Of a DNA stretch of 39,283 bases, positions 1 through 8,238 are shown piece by piece. This DNA is from a candidate division WOR-3 bacterium (GTDB taxonomy: Bacteria; Hydrothermota; Tepidihabitantia; Tepidihabitantales; Tepidihabitantaceae). The first letter of the stretch is position 1. Each line of letters starts with the position of its first letter. The notes under the pieces were generated by a model. That model was not told the origin of the DNA, did not search any database, and was given only the letters and a program-made list of their open reading frames with translations. Where the stretch lies: assembly GCA_965649205.1 (NCBI GenBank), contig CBFGJV010000021.1:1-39283 (forward strand), in the 5' to 3' direction. The position numbers were made by a program, and so were the translations under genes.

Positions 1-1
1 A

Positions 2-565
2 CTGTTGGTCGTGGTACTTATGCTCGGTTGCGGCAGTCAGCAGCCGGCAGCCAAGAAGGAAGAGCCGAAACTGGAAGTTTCGGTTCAAACAATGGATTCA
101 ATGGTTGTAGCTTCGGTAGCCAGGACCGGGCCGTACACGAGAATAAAACAGGCGATGGCCGACCTGGTTGCTTGGTTGGAAAAGAACAAGGTTCAACCTG
201 CTGGTGGGCCTTGTGCAGTGTTCTACACCGGGCCTGAGGTGCCGCAGGACAGTGCCAAGTGGGAAGTATGCGTCCCGGTTCCGGCCGGAACCAAGGGTGA
301 CAAGGACGTCATCGTGAAAACGATGCCGCCGACTCAGGTGGTGAAAACTCTGCATGTTGGTCCCTATGAGGGTGCCGCGGCGACTTATGAAAAGCTTGCG
401 AAGTGGGTAGACCAAAATGGCTATGTGATTACCGGTCCGGCCATGGAGTTCTACCTGAACGACCCGGCAAACACGCCGGCTGAGTCCCTCAAGATAGACA
501 TAGCTTTCCCGGTCACGGCCAAGCCAGCCGAGACACAGACTCAACCGGAAAAGACTACCAAATAG
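2..565 (+). CDS. GyrI-like small-molecule-binding domain lipoprotein (5' partial)
   Basis: Frame is open from the window edge. Lipobox-like 'VLMLGC', then tandem GyrI-type motifs 'GPY...MADLVAWLEKN...GP..VFYT' and 'LHVGPYE...YEKLAKWV...GY.ITGPAMEFYLNDP'. Confidence 0.8.
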   Translation: MLVVVLMLGCGSQQPAAKKEEPKLEVSVQTMDSMVVASVARTGPYTRIKQAMADLVAWLEKNKVQPAGGPCAVFYTGPEVPQDSAKWEVCVPVPAGTKGDKDVIVKTMPPTQVVKTLHVGPYEGAAATYEKLAKWVDQNGYVITGPAMEFYLNDPANTPAESLKIDIAFPVTAKPAETQTQPEKTTK

Positions 566-580
566 TTCTGTTCCATTCCA

Positions 581-617
581 TCACAGAGGCCTTGCTATGA
601 CAGCAGGGCCTCTGTGA
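581..617 (+). terminator. 16-bp stem hairpin downstream of the GyrI-like gene
   Basis: TCACAGAGGCCTTGCT-atgac-AGCAGGGCCTCTGTGA (one G.U pair). No strong U tract follows. Confidence 0.55.
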
Positions 618-678
618 GTATATGGGGCACTGGAAACTGAAGGAAGAAGCACTTGCATCTTTTAGGGGGCCCCGGGTA

Positions 679-710
679 CAAAAGACAGGGGCGCAGATTA
701 TCTGCGCCCC
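679..710 (-). terminator. Rho-independent terminator of the 731-2950 gene
   Basis: GGGGCGCAGA-tta-TCTGCGCCCC perfect 10-bp stem, followed on the minus strand by TGTCTTTT, 20 nt after the stop codon. Confidence 0.7.
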
Positions 711-730
711 CTGCCGTCAGAGTCTTGTGC

Positions 731-2950
731 TCAGCGCAACACTATCTTTGCAATAGTAGTAAGGTCTATCGAGACAAGGCGGCAGAAGTAGATGCCAGCA
801 GGTACTCTATTGCCCTGAGTGTCTGTACGGTTCCATCTTACGCTTGTAGATTGCTGTACCGACCACGAATGAATCACACGGCCGGAATTGTCTACAATCT
901 GAAGCTGGGCGGGTCCGGTCAAAGGTGTTTGCCAGCTAATGATAGTGCTGCCGACAAACGGGTTCGGGGTTACCTCCAGTCGCTGGCCCACTCTGCCTTG
1001 TTTTAGATCCTCCGCCGTTCCTGCCAGGGGGTACAGCGCGGGCCAGACAAAGGCAGTGATTTGGTCTGCCTCTACCAGGATCGGTTCTGGCAGGAGCACT
1101 GCCGAATAACCTTCTGCTTCTACCTGCAGAACGTACTCGCCGGGAGCAAGGTTGTGCAGGAGATAGTCACCTGTTTCGGTGGAGCGTACCTCCCAGGTGC
1201 CACTTTCCCCGATTGCGGTCAGACGGGCATTCTGGACAGCCGCCTGGCTGTAGGCATCGAACACGAAGCCGGAAATGCCCGCATCACCCGGGCGCAAGCG
1301 GCGCAGGAGAAAATGAATACCGTCGGTTACCTGTCCGGGCAGTACCTCCACCGGCCGAGGATAGCGTGCTTCGTAGTAACCGCGTGCACCGGCAAACACG
1401 TTGTACGCTCCGGGCGGCAGACCTCGGATTACATAGTGTCCGGTGGAGTCAGCGAAGCCAAAGCCTGAGCCGGCCCGGCCGTAGGCAAAAGCCGCAGACC
1501 CAGGGATGGGCTCGCCGGTGGCCGAATCTTTGACCGTTCCCGATATTCCGCCCGGAATGGTCTGCCTTGGCCTCAGGGCCAAAAGGAGTCTGGTGATTTC
1601 TCCAGCCGCCACCTTTATTGAATCCTGACGCAGGGGAAGGTATCCTGGTGCGGATGCTTCCAACACATACAAGCCGGGAATGAGCCCAGGGATGAGGAAG
1701 TCACCTTCACGGTTCGAGGTGGCGTGTCCGCGCATCGGGCCTTCTACTGCGATGACCGCGCCCGGAACAGGCTCGCGTGTTTCGGCATTGATCACCCGAC
1801 CCGCTATCTGGCCCGGTTCCTGGCCGCCACAGGGCTTGAGGCTGAAGCAGATACGTTCTGTAACTGCTCCGGCTTTGACCAGAACGCTCTCGGGGAAGCA
1901 GCCGGGTTCGAACCCTTCGGCTTTGGCCGAGACCCAATATTTGCCCGGTGGTAAATCCGGTATTTTGTAGCCTTCCTCGGTCTGGAGCACCCGGCGTGTT
2001 ATATTTGGCGCAGAGGCGACCACCACCGCCTGGCAGATGACACGGCCAGTAGCGGCGTTCGTGACGTTGCCGGTGATGGCGCCGGTACGCGGCGTACCAC
2101 TCGGCACCAGTTTGATGTCTATGTGGTCGCGTACCTGACCAACTACTACCAGTACACTTTCCGGAAAACAACTAGGTTCAAATCCCTCGGCCTTGGCCGT
2201 GACCCAGTATCTGCCCGGGGGAAGGCAATCTATTTTGTAGCCCTCATGTTCAGGCTGGCGTACCTCGCGTGTGACTGGGCCAGCAGCCCTGACTATGGCA
2301 CCGGGTATGGGCAGATTATTGGCCGCGTTCATGACCATGCCGATGATGGTGCCGAACTCGGGAGGGTTATCTGGAATCAGGTGGAAGCATACTTCGTATG
2401 TGGTTTGTCCCGACTTGACCAGTACGCTTTCAGGGAAACAGCCGGGTTTGAAGCCGCGGGCCACGGCACTTACCCAGTACTTGCCTGGCGGCAGGCCCTC
2501 AAACTTGAAGCATTCTGTGCCCTGTACCACTTCGCGTACGACCGGACCTTGGGCTTTGACTATGGCTCCGGGAATCAGCTGGCCGCTGGGGTGAGCCAGC
2601 ACTTTCCCCTGGACAGCTCCGGGTGGAGGCAGGGCGTTACGACGCAGGTAGAAATTGATGTTCGGTGTGACCCTGCCCTCTACCACGGGTACGGACTCCG
2701 GATAGGCTAAGGGCACGTAGCCTGGAGCCTCAGCGATCACCTTGTATTTGCGAGGTTCCAAATCTGCCAACAGGTAGAAGCCATCGCGATTGGTTGTCGC
2801 GCTTGCCGAGCCGCAACAGACGACGGCCCCAGCAATGGGCTGGGCGGTTTCATAATCCCGGACAAAGCCAGAAATGCCGGTTTCTGTTGCCCAGAGGGCC
2901 GGGACCAGAACCAGCAAGAACAACAGCGCGGCCATTATTTTCTTCTGCAT
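731..2950 (-). CDS. Secreted protein with seven carboxypeptidase-regulatory-like (prealbumin/Cna-B-like) repeats and a T9SS/FlgD-Ig-like C-terminal domain
   Basis: Signal peptide MQKKIMAALLFLLVLVPALWA and RBS AAGGAGG. Seven repeats of 'G.I.G.V....G.PI.GA.V...G.Y.I..L.PG.Y.V.A.A.G(Y/F)....P..V.V..G..T..I.F.L'. C-terminus 'LEVTPNPF...IVDNSGRVI...WNRTDTQGNRVPAGIYFCRL...KIVLR'. Confidence 0.85.
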   Translation of the reverse strand: MQKKIMAALLFLLVLVPALWATETGISGFVRDYETAQPIAGAVVCCGSASATTNRDGFYLLADLEPRKYKVIAEAPGYVPLAYPESVPVVEGRVTPNINFYLRRNALPPPGAVQGKVLAHPSGQLIPGAIVKAQGPVVREVVQGTECFKFEGLPPGKYWVSAVARGFKPGCFPESVLVKSGQTTYEVCFHLIPDNPPEFGTIIGMVMNAANNLPIPGAIVRAAGPVTREVRQPEHEGYKIDCLPPGRYWVTAKAEGFEPSCFPESVLVVVGQVRDHIDIKLVPSGTPRTGAITGNVTNAATGRVICQAVVVASAPNITRRVLQTEEGYKIPDLPPGKYWVSAKAEGFEPGCFPESVLVKAGAVTERICFSLKPCGGQEPGQIAGRVINAETREPVPGAVIAVEGPMRGHATSNREGDFLIPGLIPGLYVLEASAPGYLPLRQDSIKVAAGEITRLLLALRPRQTIPGGISGTVKDSATGEPIPGSAAFAYGRAGSGFGFADSTGHYVIRGLPPGAYNVFAGARGYYEARYPRPVEVLPGQVTDGIHFLLRRLRPGDAGISGFVFDAYSQAAVQNARLTAIGESGTWEVRSTETGDYLLHNLAPGEYVLQVEAEGYSAVLLPEPILVEADQITAFVWPALYPLAGTAEDLKQGRVGQRLEVTPNPFVGSTIISWQTPLTGPAQLQIVDNSGRVIHSWSVQQSTSVRWNRTDTQGNRVPAGIYFCRLVSIDLTTIAKIVLR

Positions 2951-3019
2951 TTTTCCTCCTTTGCAATCTTGAGGTTAATTGTCTTGCCGTTCATGCAAGT
3001 ATCGTGGTTATATGGAACG

Positions 3020-3047
3020 ATTATGGGGGGGGGCGTGGTTCTGTCAA
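3020..3047 (-). promoter_or_regulatory. Sigma70-type promoter TTGACA-N16-CATAAT with a C9 tract in the spacer
   Basis: Minus strand reads TTGACA gaaccacgcccccccc CATAAT, 70 nt upstream of the ATG at 2950. Confidence 0.6.
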
Positions 3048-3210
3048 TACCTTGCGATAGCTAATTCATACCTGGATCTAAGCATTCTTCTTTTGTCGGC
3101 ATTTGACCTTGGCGAGTTGCTAGTGCTGCGGGTATGATAGGAAATGCGCAAGCGTCAGACAGGAGATCGCCTCGTGCCTGGGTTGACCCAACAGTCTCAG
3201 TTTTTTCTGA

Positions 3211-3238
3211 TTGACAAGGTAAGTTTTCGTGCTACTAT
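3211..3238 (+). promoter_or_regulatory. Sigma70-type promoter of the nikR operon (TTGACA-N16-TACTAT, extended TG)
   Basis: TTGACA aggtaagttttcgTGc TACTAT, 10 nt upstream of the GTG at 3249. Confidence 0.65.
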
Positions 3239-3255
3239 TAGTGAAATCGTGCTAC
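3229..3255 (+). promoter_or_regulatory. Putative NikR operator GTGCTAC-N13-GTGCTAC
   Basis: Perfect 7-nt direct repeat with a 13-nt spacer, overlapping the -10 box and the start codon of nikR. Resembles the GTG(C/T)TAC-N13 operators I recall for deltaproteobacterial NikR. Confidence 0.6.
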
Positions 3256-3731
3256 GCAGGAACAACGGAGAAGAACAAAGACTGGTACGCTTCGGCGTTT
3301 CAATGGAGCCGGAGCTGCTTGCCGCTTTCGACCGGCTGCTGGAACAGGCCGGTATTTCCTGCCGGTCCAAGGCGGTGCGGGATATGGTCCGGGCCCGGCT
3401 GGCAGAAGTGGAGCTGGAGTCGGGTCAGGGCCCGGCGGTTGGCATTCTTTCTTTTATCTACAGTCACGATCAGCCGGACCTGGCGGAGCGGCTACTGCAT
3501 CTGGAGCATGAGCGTCATACCGAGGTGGTCTCCAGTGTGCACGTGCATCTGGACAGGAATGCCTGTCTGGAGGTGCTGATTATGCGCGGTCGGGCCAGCC
3601 GGTTGCGGGAACTTGCCGACCGCCTGTCTGGATTGCGGGGAGTCAGGCACGCCCGGTTGTCGCTTTTGCCTGCTGCCTGTCCGCTTGCCCGCGCAAGGGG
3701 GCAGAAAACCAGGGAAGCTAAGAGGAAATAG
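3249..3731 (+). CDS. nikR: Nickel-responsive transcriptional regulator NikR
   Basis: Ribbon-helix-helix N-terminus 'RFGVSMEPELLAAFDRL...RSKAVRDMVR' and metal-binding 'YSH...EHERH.EVVSSVHVHLDRNACLEVLIMRG'. Start placed at GTG 3249 because the longer ORF-track start lies upstream of the promoter. Confidence 0.9.
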   Translation: MLRRNNGEEQRLVRFGVSMEPELLAAFDRLLEQAGISCRSKAVRDMVRARLAEVELESGQGPAVGILSFIYSHDQPDLAERLLHLEHERHTEVVSSVHVHLDRNACLEVLIMRGRASRLRELADRLSGLRGVRHARLSLLPAACPLARARGQKTREAKRK

Positions 3732-3841
3732 GGGCTACGGAGTTGCCGCGTTACGTGTTACAGAGAAGTAAATTGTGCATTTCCATCCGAGGAGTAACCG
3801 AAAAGGCAGCAAGATTAGGAAACTGAAAAAGGAGATACAGG

Positions 3842-5656
3842 ATGAGTTTAGCACTGTCACTGCTTTTACTTATTGGGTCTGTAGATACGGTAGCAACACC
3901 AATTTTCCCCATTGACGAAGTGGTTGTAACCGCGGAACGGGTGGCGCGCGAAGTGCGCGATGTGGCTGCCTCGGTTTCGGTTCTGACCGGTGAGGAGATA
4001 CGAAAGAGCGGCGCCCGCACTGTAACCGATGCCTTGGCCAGTCTGCCCGGGGTTTTTGTGCAGCGCACCAGCCAGTTCGGCCGCACAGACCTGGACATTC
4101 GCGGCGTGGGTGACCGGGGTTGCCGGATTGCCGTGCTGGTGGATGGCCGACCGGAGAAGATGCCTATTTACGGCTGTGTGGTCACCCATACCTTACCTTT
4201 GAACAATGTGGAAAGGATTGAGCTGGTGCGTGGGCCTCTGTCTGTGCTGTACGGTTCCGATGCCATGGGGGGAGTGGTGAATATTATCACGCGCCGGGCA
4301 TCTTCGCCGCTGGAACTTTCCGGCCGGGTGGAATATGGTTCGTTCAACACGATTCACTCGCGCCTGGCTGCTGGCACGCAACAAGGTAAATTCAACGTCC
4401 TCTTTTCTGCTGACAAAGCAAAGTCTGACGGGCATCTGCCCAACTCGCAATACAACGGCAACGACCTTTCGCTGCGCGCGGGTTATGAATTGTCGCCGGC
4501 TGTATCATTTGATTTCACCGGCAAGTACTTTACTGGCGTGAAGCACGAGCCGAAGCGGATAACCGATCCCGACACGTTGGTTGCCACAGGTTGGAATCAG
4601 TACGACCGCGGTGGTCTGGACCTGACCGCCAATTTCCGCACCCAGGCCGCCAACGGTTTTGCCAAAATGTACCGCACCTTCGGCGAACATAAGTTTGACC
4701 CCAGGGATGGCTGGCATTCCACTGACTACACGAATGGCGCCATCCTGCATGCGCACCGAGAGTTTGTGTCGGGCAATCTGGTGCAGGCCGGGGCCGAGTT
4801 CAAGCGACTTTCCGGCACCCGTATCATTTCGGACACGAATAAGCCCTCCTGGGTTCGCAACCAGTGGGATGTGTTCATTCAGGACGAACAGACCCTAGGA
4901 TTTCTGAGTGCCAATACCGGTATCCGCTACAGCCATGACCAGATTTCCGGGGGAGCAGTTTGTCCCAAGCTGGGCCTGGTAGCAAAGACCGGTTTTGGTC
5001 TTACCGGCCGGGCCAGTGTGAACCGCGGATTCCGTTTTGCCCCCCTCAACTATACCAGTGTATTTCCGCCCAAGAATCCGGACCTGCGGCCGGAAATAGC
5101 GTGGAATTACGAGTTTGGCGCAAATCTGACTGTGGGCGAGATTCTGAATGCAGACCTGGCGGGATTTGTGCTCAAGGGTCAGGACTTGATCGAGCTAGGG
5201 CCCAATCCCAATCCGCCACCACCGGTGCAGTTCCAGAACAAGGGCAGTTTCACCTTCAAGGGGATGGAGGCGACACTTGACGGGCGCTATCAGTTCCTGC
5301 GCAGTCGTCTGGGCATAAGTTTTCTTGACCCGGGCGTGAATACTCGGGCCCGGCCCGGGCTGAAAATTTCGGCTGAGGCTGGAGTAAACCTGAGCCGGTT
5401 CGACTTTGCGCTTGGTTTTCAACATGTAAGCCGTTATTATGCGCAGGACAGTTCCCGCTCGCCTATTCCTGCCTATGGCATATTTGACCTGCGAGCGGGA
5501 TGGCAGGCGCTTTCCTGGTTGCGGGTGTTTGCAGCGGCAGAGAACTTGTTAGATGCGCAATATGATACTTTCTGCGACCTGCCTGGCGCGGCTGCAGGTC
5601 TGTATCGCATGCCAGGCCGCTCCTTTACCGTAGGGCTGGACCTGAGGAAACCGTAG
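3842..5656 (+). CDS. TonB-dependent outer-membrane receptor (BtuB/CirA-like), probably for metal or metallophore uptake
   Basis: RBS AAGGAG. TonB box 'DEVVVTAER', plug motif 'VERIELVRGPLSVLYGSDAMGGVVNIITR', C-terminal 'ENLLDAQY...MPGRSFTVGLDL'. Confidence 0.92.
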   Translation: MSLALSLLLLIGSVDTVATPIFPIDEVVVTAERVAREVRDVAASVSVLTGEEIRKSGARTVTDALASLPGVFVQRTSQFGRTDLDIRGVGDRGCRIAVLVDGRPEKMPIYGCVVTHTLPLNNVERIELVRGPLSVLYGSDAMGGVVNIITRRASSPLELSGRVEYGSFNTIHSRLAAGTQQGKFNVLFSADKAKSDGHLPNSQYNGNDLSLRAGYELSPAVSFDFTGKYFTGVKHEPKRITDPDTLVATGWNQYDRGGLDLTANFRTQAANGFAKMYRTFGEHKFDPRDGWHSTDYTNGAILHAHREFVSGNLVQAGAEFKRLSGTRIISDTNKPSWVRNQWDVFIQDEQTLGFLSANTGIRYSHDQISGGAVCPKLGLVAKTGFGLTGRASVNRGFRFAPLNYTSVFPPKNPDLRPEIAWNYEFGANLTVGEILNADLAGFVLKGQDLIELGPNPNPPPPVQFQNKGSFTFKGMEATLDGRYQFLRSRLGISFLDPGVNTRARPGLKISAEAGVNLSRFDFALGFQHVSRYYAQDSSRSPIPAYGIFDLRAGWQALSWLRVFAAAENLLDAQYDTFCDLPGAAAGLYRMPGRSFTVGLDLRKP

Positions 5657-5659
5657 GAA

Positions 5660-6607
5660 ATGACAAAGTCAGACGGATTGATTCGAGTCAGCGGTTTCGC
5701 GTCGGAGCAGGGTGCGAGGGGAAGACTATGGCTGCTACTCGGCTGGGTGCCGGTGGTCATGACGCTGGGACTGGCGGTTTTTGGTTGCGCGGCCAGACCT
5801 GGTTCCCGGCTCCGGGTAGTGACTACCACTACTCTCATTTCTTCCATAGTTGAGGCGATTGGCGGCAGGTATGTGCAGGCTACTGCCATTGCGCCTGGTG
5901 GCATGTGTCCGGGCCATTTCGACATTTCACCTTCAGCCGTGGCTGCGGCAAACGATGCCCAGCTCTTGCTCAATCATGGCTGGGAAGAGTGGTTTCCCAA
6001 GCTGGAACAGGTCTTGCATAATCCCAGAGTGATACGTAGAACTCTGAGCATCAAGGGGAACTGGATGGTGCCGGATATACACAAGCAGGCGGTAAAAGAG
6101 GTTCTGCAACTGCTCGGGGAAATTGACAGCGTCCATGCGGACAGCTTCCGGGTGGCCGCACAACGCTATACAGCGCAAATAGATTCGGCTGCGGCGCAGG
6201 CGCGCAGCCTTTTTGCCGGTCGGGTTCTGCCCAAAGTCATTGCGGCTGAGCATCAGGCTCCTTTTCTGCGCTGGCTGGGATTTTCTGTGGTTGCCACTTA
6301 TGGTCGGCCCGAAGAGTTCACCGCCCAGGAGCTGGTGCGTCTGGCCCGGGTGATGGCCGATTCCGGGGTCAGGCTGGTGGTGGACAATCTGCAATCTGGC
6401 GCGGAAGCGGGCAAGCCGCTCGCGGAAGCCCACGGCGTGGCGCATGTGACCCTGACTAATTTTCCTCTGCCCGCAAAAGCTGGAAGCCCCAAGAGCCGGA
6501 AAGCCAGAAAGCCAGAAAGCCAGGAGGCAGAAGAGCCAGCCTACTGCCGGGCGCTTCTGGACAACGTCCGCGCCCTTGCTGCTGCTCTGGAAAGTTCAAA
6601 TCCCTGA
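5660..6607 (+). CDS. Metal ABC transporter substrate-binding lipoprotein (ZnuA/TroA family)
   Basis: Lipobox 'AVFGC', 'LRVVTTTTLISSIVEAIGG', 'PGGMCPGHFDISP' (the DPH-equivalent loop). True start uncertain. Confidence 0.85.
   Translation: MTKSDGLIRVSGFASEQGARGRLWLLLGWVPVVMTLGLAVFGCAARPGSRLRVVTTTTLISSIVEAIGGRYVQATAIAPGGMCPGHFDISPSAVAAANDAQLLLNHGWEEWFPKLEQVLHNPRVIRRTLSIKGNWMVPDIHKQAVKEVLQLLGEIDSVHADSFRVAAQRYTAQIDSAAAQARSLFAGRVLPKVIAAEHQAPFLRWLGFSVVATYGRPEEFTAQELVRLARVMADSGVRLVVDNLQSGAEAGKPLAEAHGVAHVTLTNFPLPAKAGSPKSRKARKPESQEAEEPAYCRALLDNVRALAAALESSNP
6499..6522 (+). repeat. 8-nt tandem repeat (GAAAGCCA)x3 with degenerate flanking units inside the SBP gene
   Basis: gaaagcca gaaagcca gaaagcca, flanked by ggaagccc, aagagccg and gaagagcca. 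Encodes the low-complexity insert SPKSRKARKPESQEAEEP. Confidence 0.75.
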
Positions 6608-6611
6608 GCCA

Positions 6612-7355
6612 TTGACTTCCACTCTTCCTGCTGTTTCCATCCGTTCGGTTACTGTCAGCTATCGCAGTAATGTGGCTTTGCGTAACGTTTCGCTGGATTT
6701 GCAGCGCGGAGATTTCTGCGGCATCATCGGGCCGAACGGCGCCGGCAAGACTACACTTCTTACAGTTTTCAACGGTCTGGGCCGGATTCATTCCGGCACG
6801 GTGGAGGTTTTGGGTGAACGCGGCACCGGTCGCAGTTTTGCCCGTCTGCGCCGGCGTATCGGTTATGTTGCCCAGCAGGAGCGAGTGGATCCGCGCGTGC
6901 CTATTTCCTGTCTGGAGGCGGTGCTCGTGGGTCGCATCGGACGGGCGGGCGTGCTGCGCAGATTGAAGCAGCAGGACTACGACCGCTGCCGGGAAATGAT
7001 GCAGCTTGCCGGCATTCTGCATTTGGCACACCGACCGGTGGGGCAGTTGTCCGGCGGCGAAGCCCGCAAGGTTTCGCTCGCCCGGGCACTGGTGCAGGAA
7101 CCGGAGCTCTTACTGCTTGACGAGCCTACCTCCAACCTTGATCCCCGGGCAGTGCAGGAGCTGAGTGAACTGGTGGTAGCCGCCTGGAGGAAGTTCCAGC
7201 TGACGGTGGTGATGGTCACGCATCAGCTTGATCACCTGCCCGAGGTTACAAACCGCATTGTCATGGTGAAAAACGGACGGATTCTGGCTACCGGCGACCG
7301 TAGTCTGCTGGCTGATAAGCGGCAGCTTGAACTTCTGTTTGCCGATGCTGTCTGA
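6612..7355 (+). CDS. Metal ABC transporter ATP-binding protein (ZnuC-like)
   Basis: Walker A 'GPNGAGKTT', signature 'LSGGE', Walker B 'LLLLDEPT', H-loop 'VTH'. TTG at 6612 chosen because it follows the SBP stop. Confidence 0.92.
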   Translation: MTSTLPAVSIRSVTVSYRSNVALRNVSLDLQRGDFCGIIGPNGAGKTTLLTVFNGLGRIHSGTVEVLGERGTGRSFARLRRRIGYVAQQERVDPRVPISCLEAVLVGRIGRAGVLRRLKQQDYDRCREMMQLAGILHLAHRPVGQLSGGEARKVSLARALVQEPELLLLDEPTSNLDPRAVQELSELVVAAWRKFQLTVVMVTHQLDHLPEVTNRIVMVKNGRILATGDRSLLADKRQLELLFADAV

Positions 7356-8166
7356 ATTTATGCTGCTCTGGAAACCGGTGGTTGCGGCTGTGCTTGGCGG
7401 TCTGGTATGCGGCATCGTGGGCGTCTGGGTGGTAATGATGGAAATACCTTTTGTAGGCGTGGCCATGTCCCATGCGGCGTTTGCCGGCTCGATTGCCGGT
7501 CTGATGCTGGGCATCAACCCGCTTGTTTCGGCCCTGCTTTTCTGTCTGGTGGCTTCTTTAGCCATTGGGCCGGTGGCGGAGCGGTCTGACCTCGCACCAT
7601 CAGTTTCGCTCGGTATCATCTTCTCGCTGGTTTTGGGACTTGCCTTTCTGGGCCTGGGACTTTTACGCGGTCCCCGCAGTGAAGCGCTCAGTCTTATCTG
7701 GGGTAACATTCTGCTTGTTTCGTCCCAGGACCTTATCCTGATGGCCGTAGTTGCGGTTGTCATTCTGCTTTTTCTTTTCCTTTTCTACAAGGAGACCTGT
7801 GCCCTCCTCTACAATCGGGAGATTGCCCGGGCTGTGGGCATTCCGGAGCGGGCATTCTTCTTTGTGATGCTGGCGCTGTCCGGACTGGTGGTGACGGCCA
7901 ATCTTTCTACGGTTGGCGGCCTGCTCATTTTCAGCCTGATTGTCAATCCGCCCTCGGCTGCATTCCAGCTCACTTACCGTTTGAAGACGATGTATCTTCT
8001 TTCGGTTTTGTTCAGCGTTCTTTCCTGTCTTGTCGGTCTTGTTGTATCCTGGCTTACTGATGCCCCGGCCGGCGCCGTGATAATCATTACCTCCAGTGTC
8101 ATTTTTGGGGTGGCGCTACTTGTTTCGCCCAAACGGGGGGCACTTATTTCTGGCGTTCGTTACTGA
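7345..8166 (+). CDS. Metal ABC transporter permease (ZnuB/ABC-3 family)
   Basis: 'GVAMSHAAFAG', 'LIWGNILLVS', 'VGGLLIFSLIVNPP..A', 'PAGAVII'. Multiple TM helices; overlaps the ATPase stop. Confidence 0.92.
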   Translation: MLSEFMLLWKPVVAAVLGGLVCGIVGVWVVMMEIPFVGVAMSHAAFAGSIAGLMLGINPLVSALLFCLVASLAIGPVAERSDLAPSVSLGIIFSLVLGLAFLGLGLLRGPRSEALSLIWGNILLVSSQDLILMAVVAVVILLFLFLFYKETCALLYNREIARAVGIPERAFFFVMLALSGLVVTANLSTVGGLLIFSLIVNPPSAAFQLTYRLKTMYLLSVLFSVLSCLVGLVVSWLTDAPAGAVIIITSSVIFGVALLVSPKRGALISGVRY

Positions 8167-8238
8167 AGCCGATTCTTTTTGTCGGCAGAATTAGCCCAGC
8201 CGGCCGGTTTGTGCTATGCTTATGAGAAAGGAGCAACA

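Noticed and set aside
3732..3841. Cobalamin riboswitch or small ORF before the BtuB-like receptor
   Set aside because: Only 110 nt, no recognisable B12-box or GGGAA/GCCACTG core, and the 23-codon GTG ORF has no RBS or telling composition.
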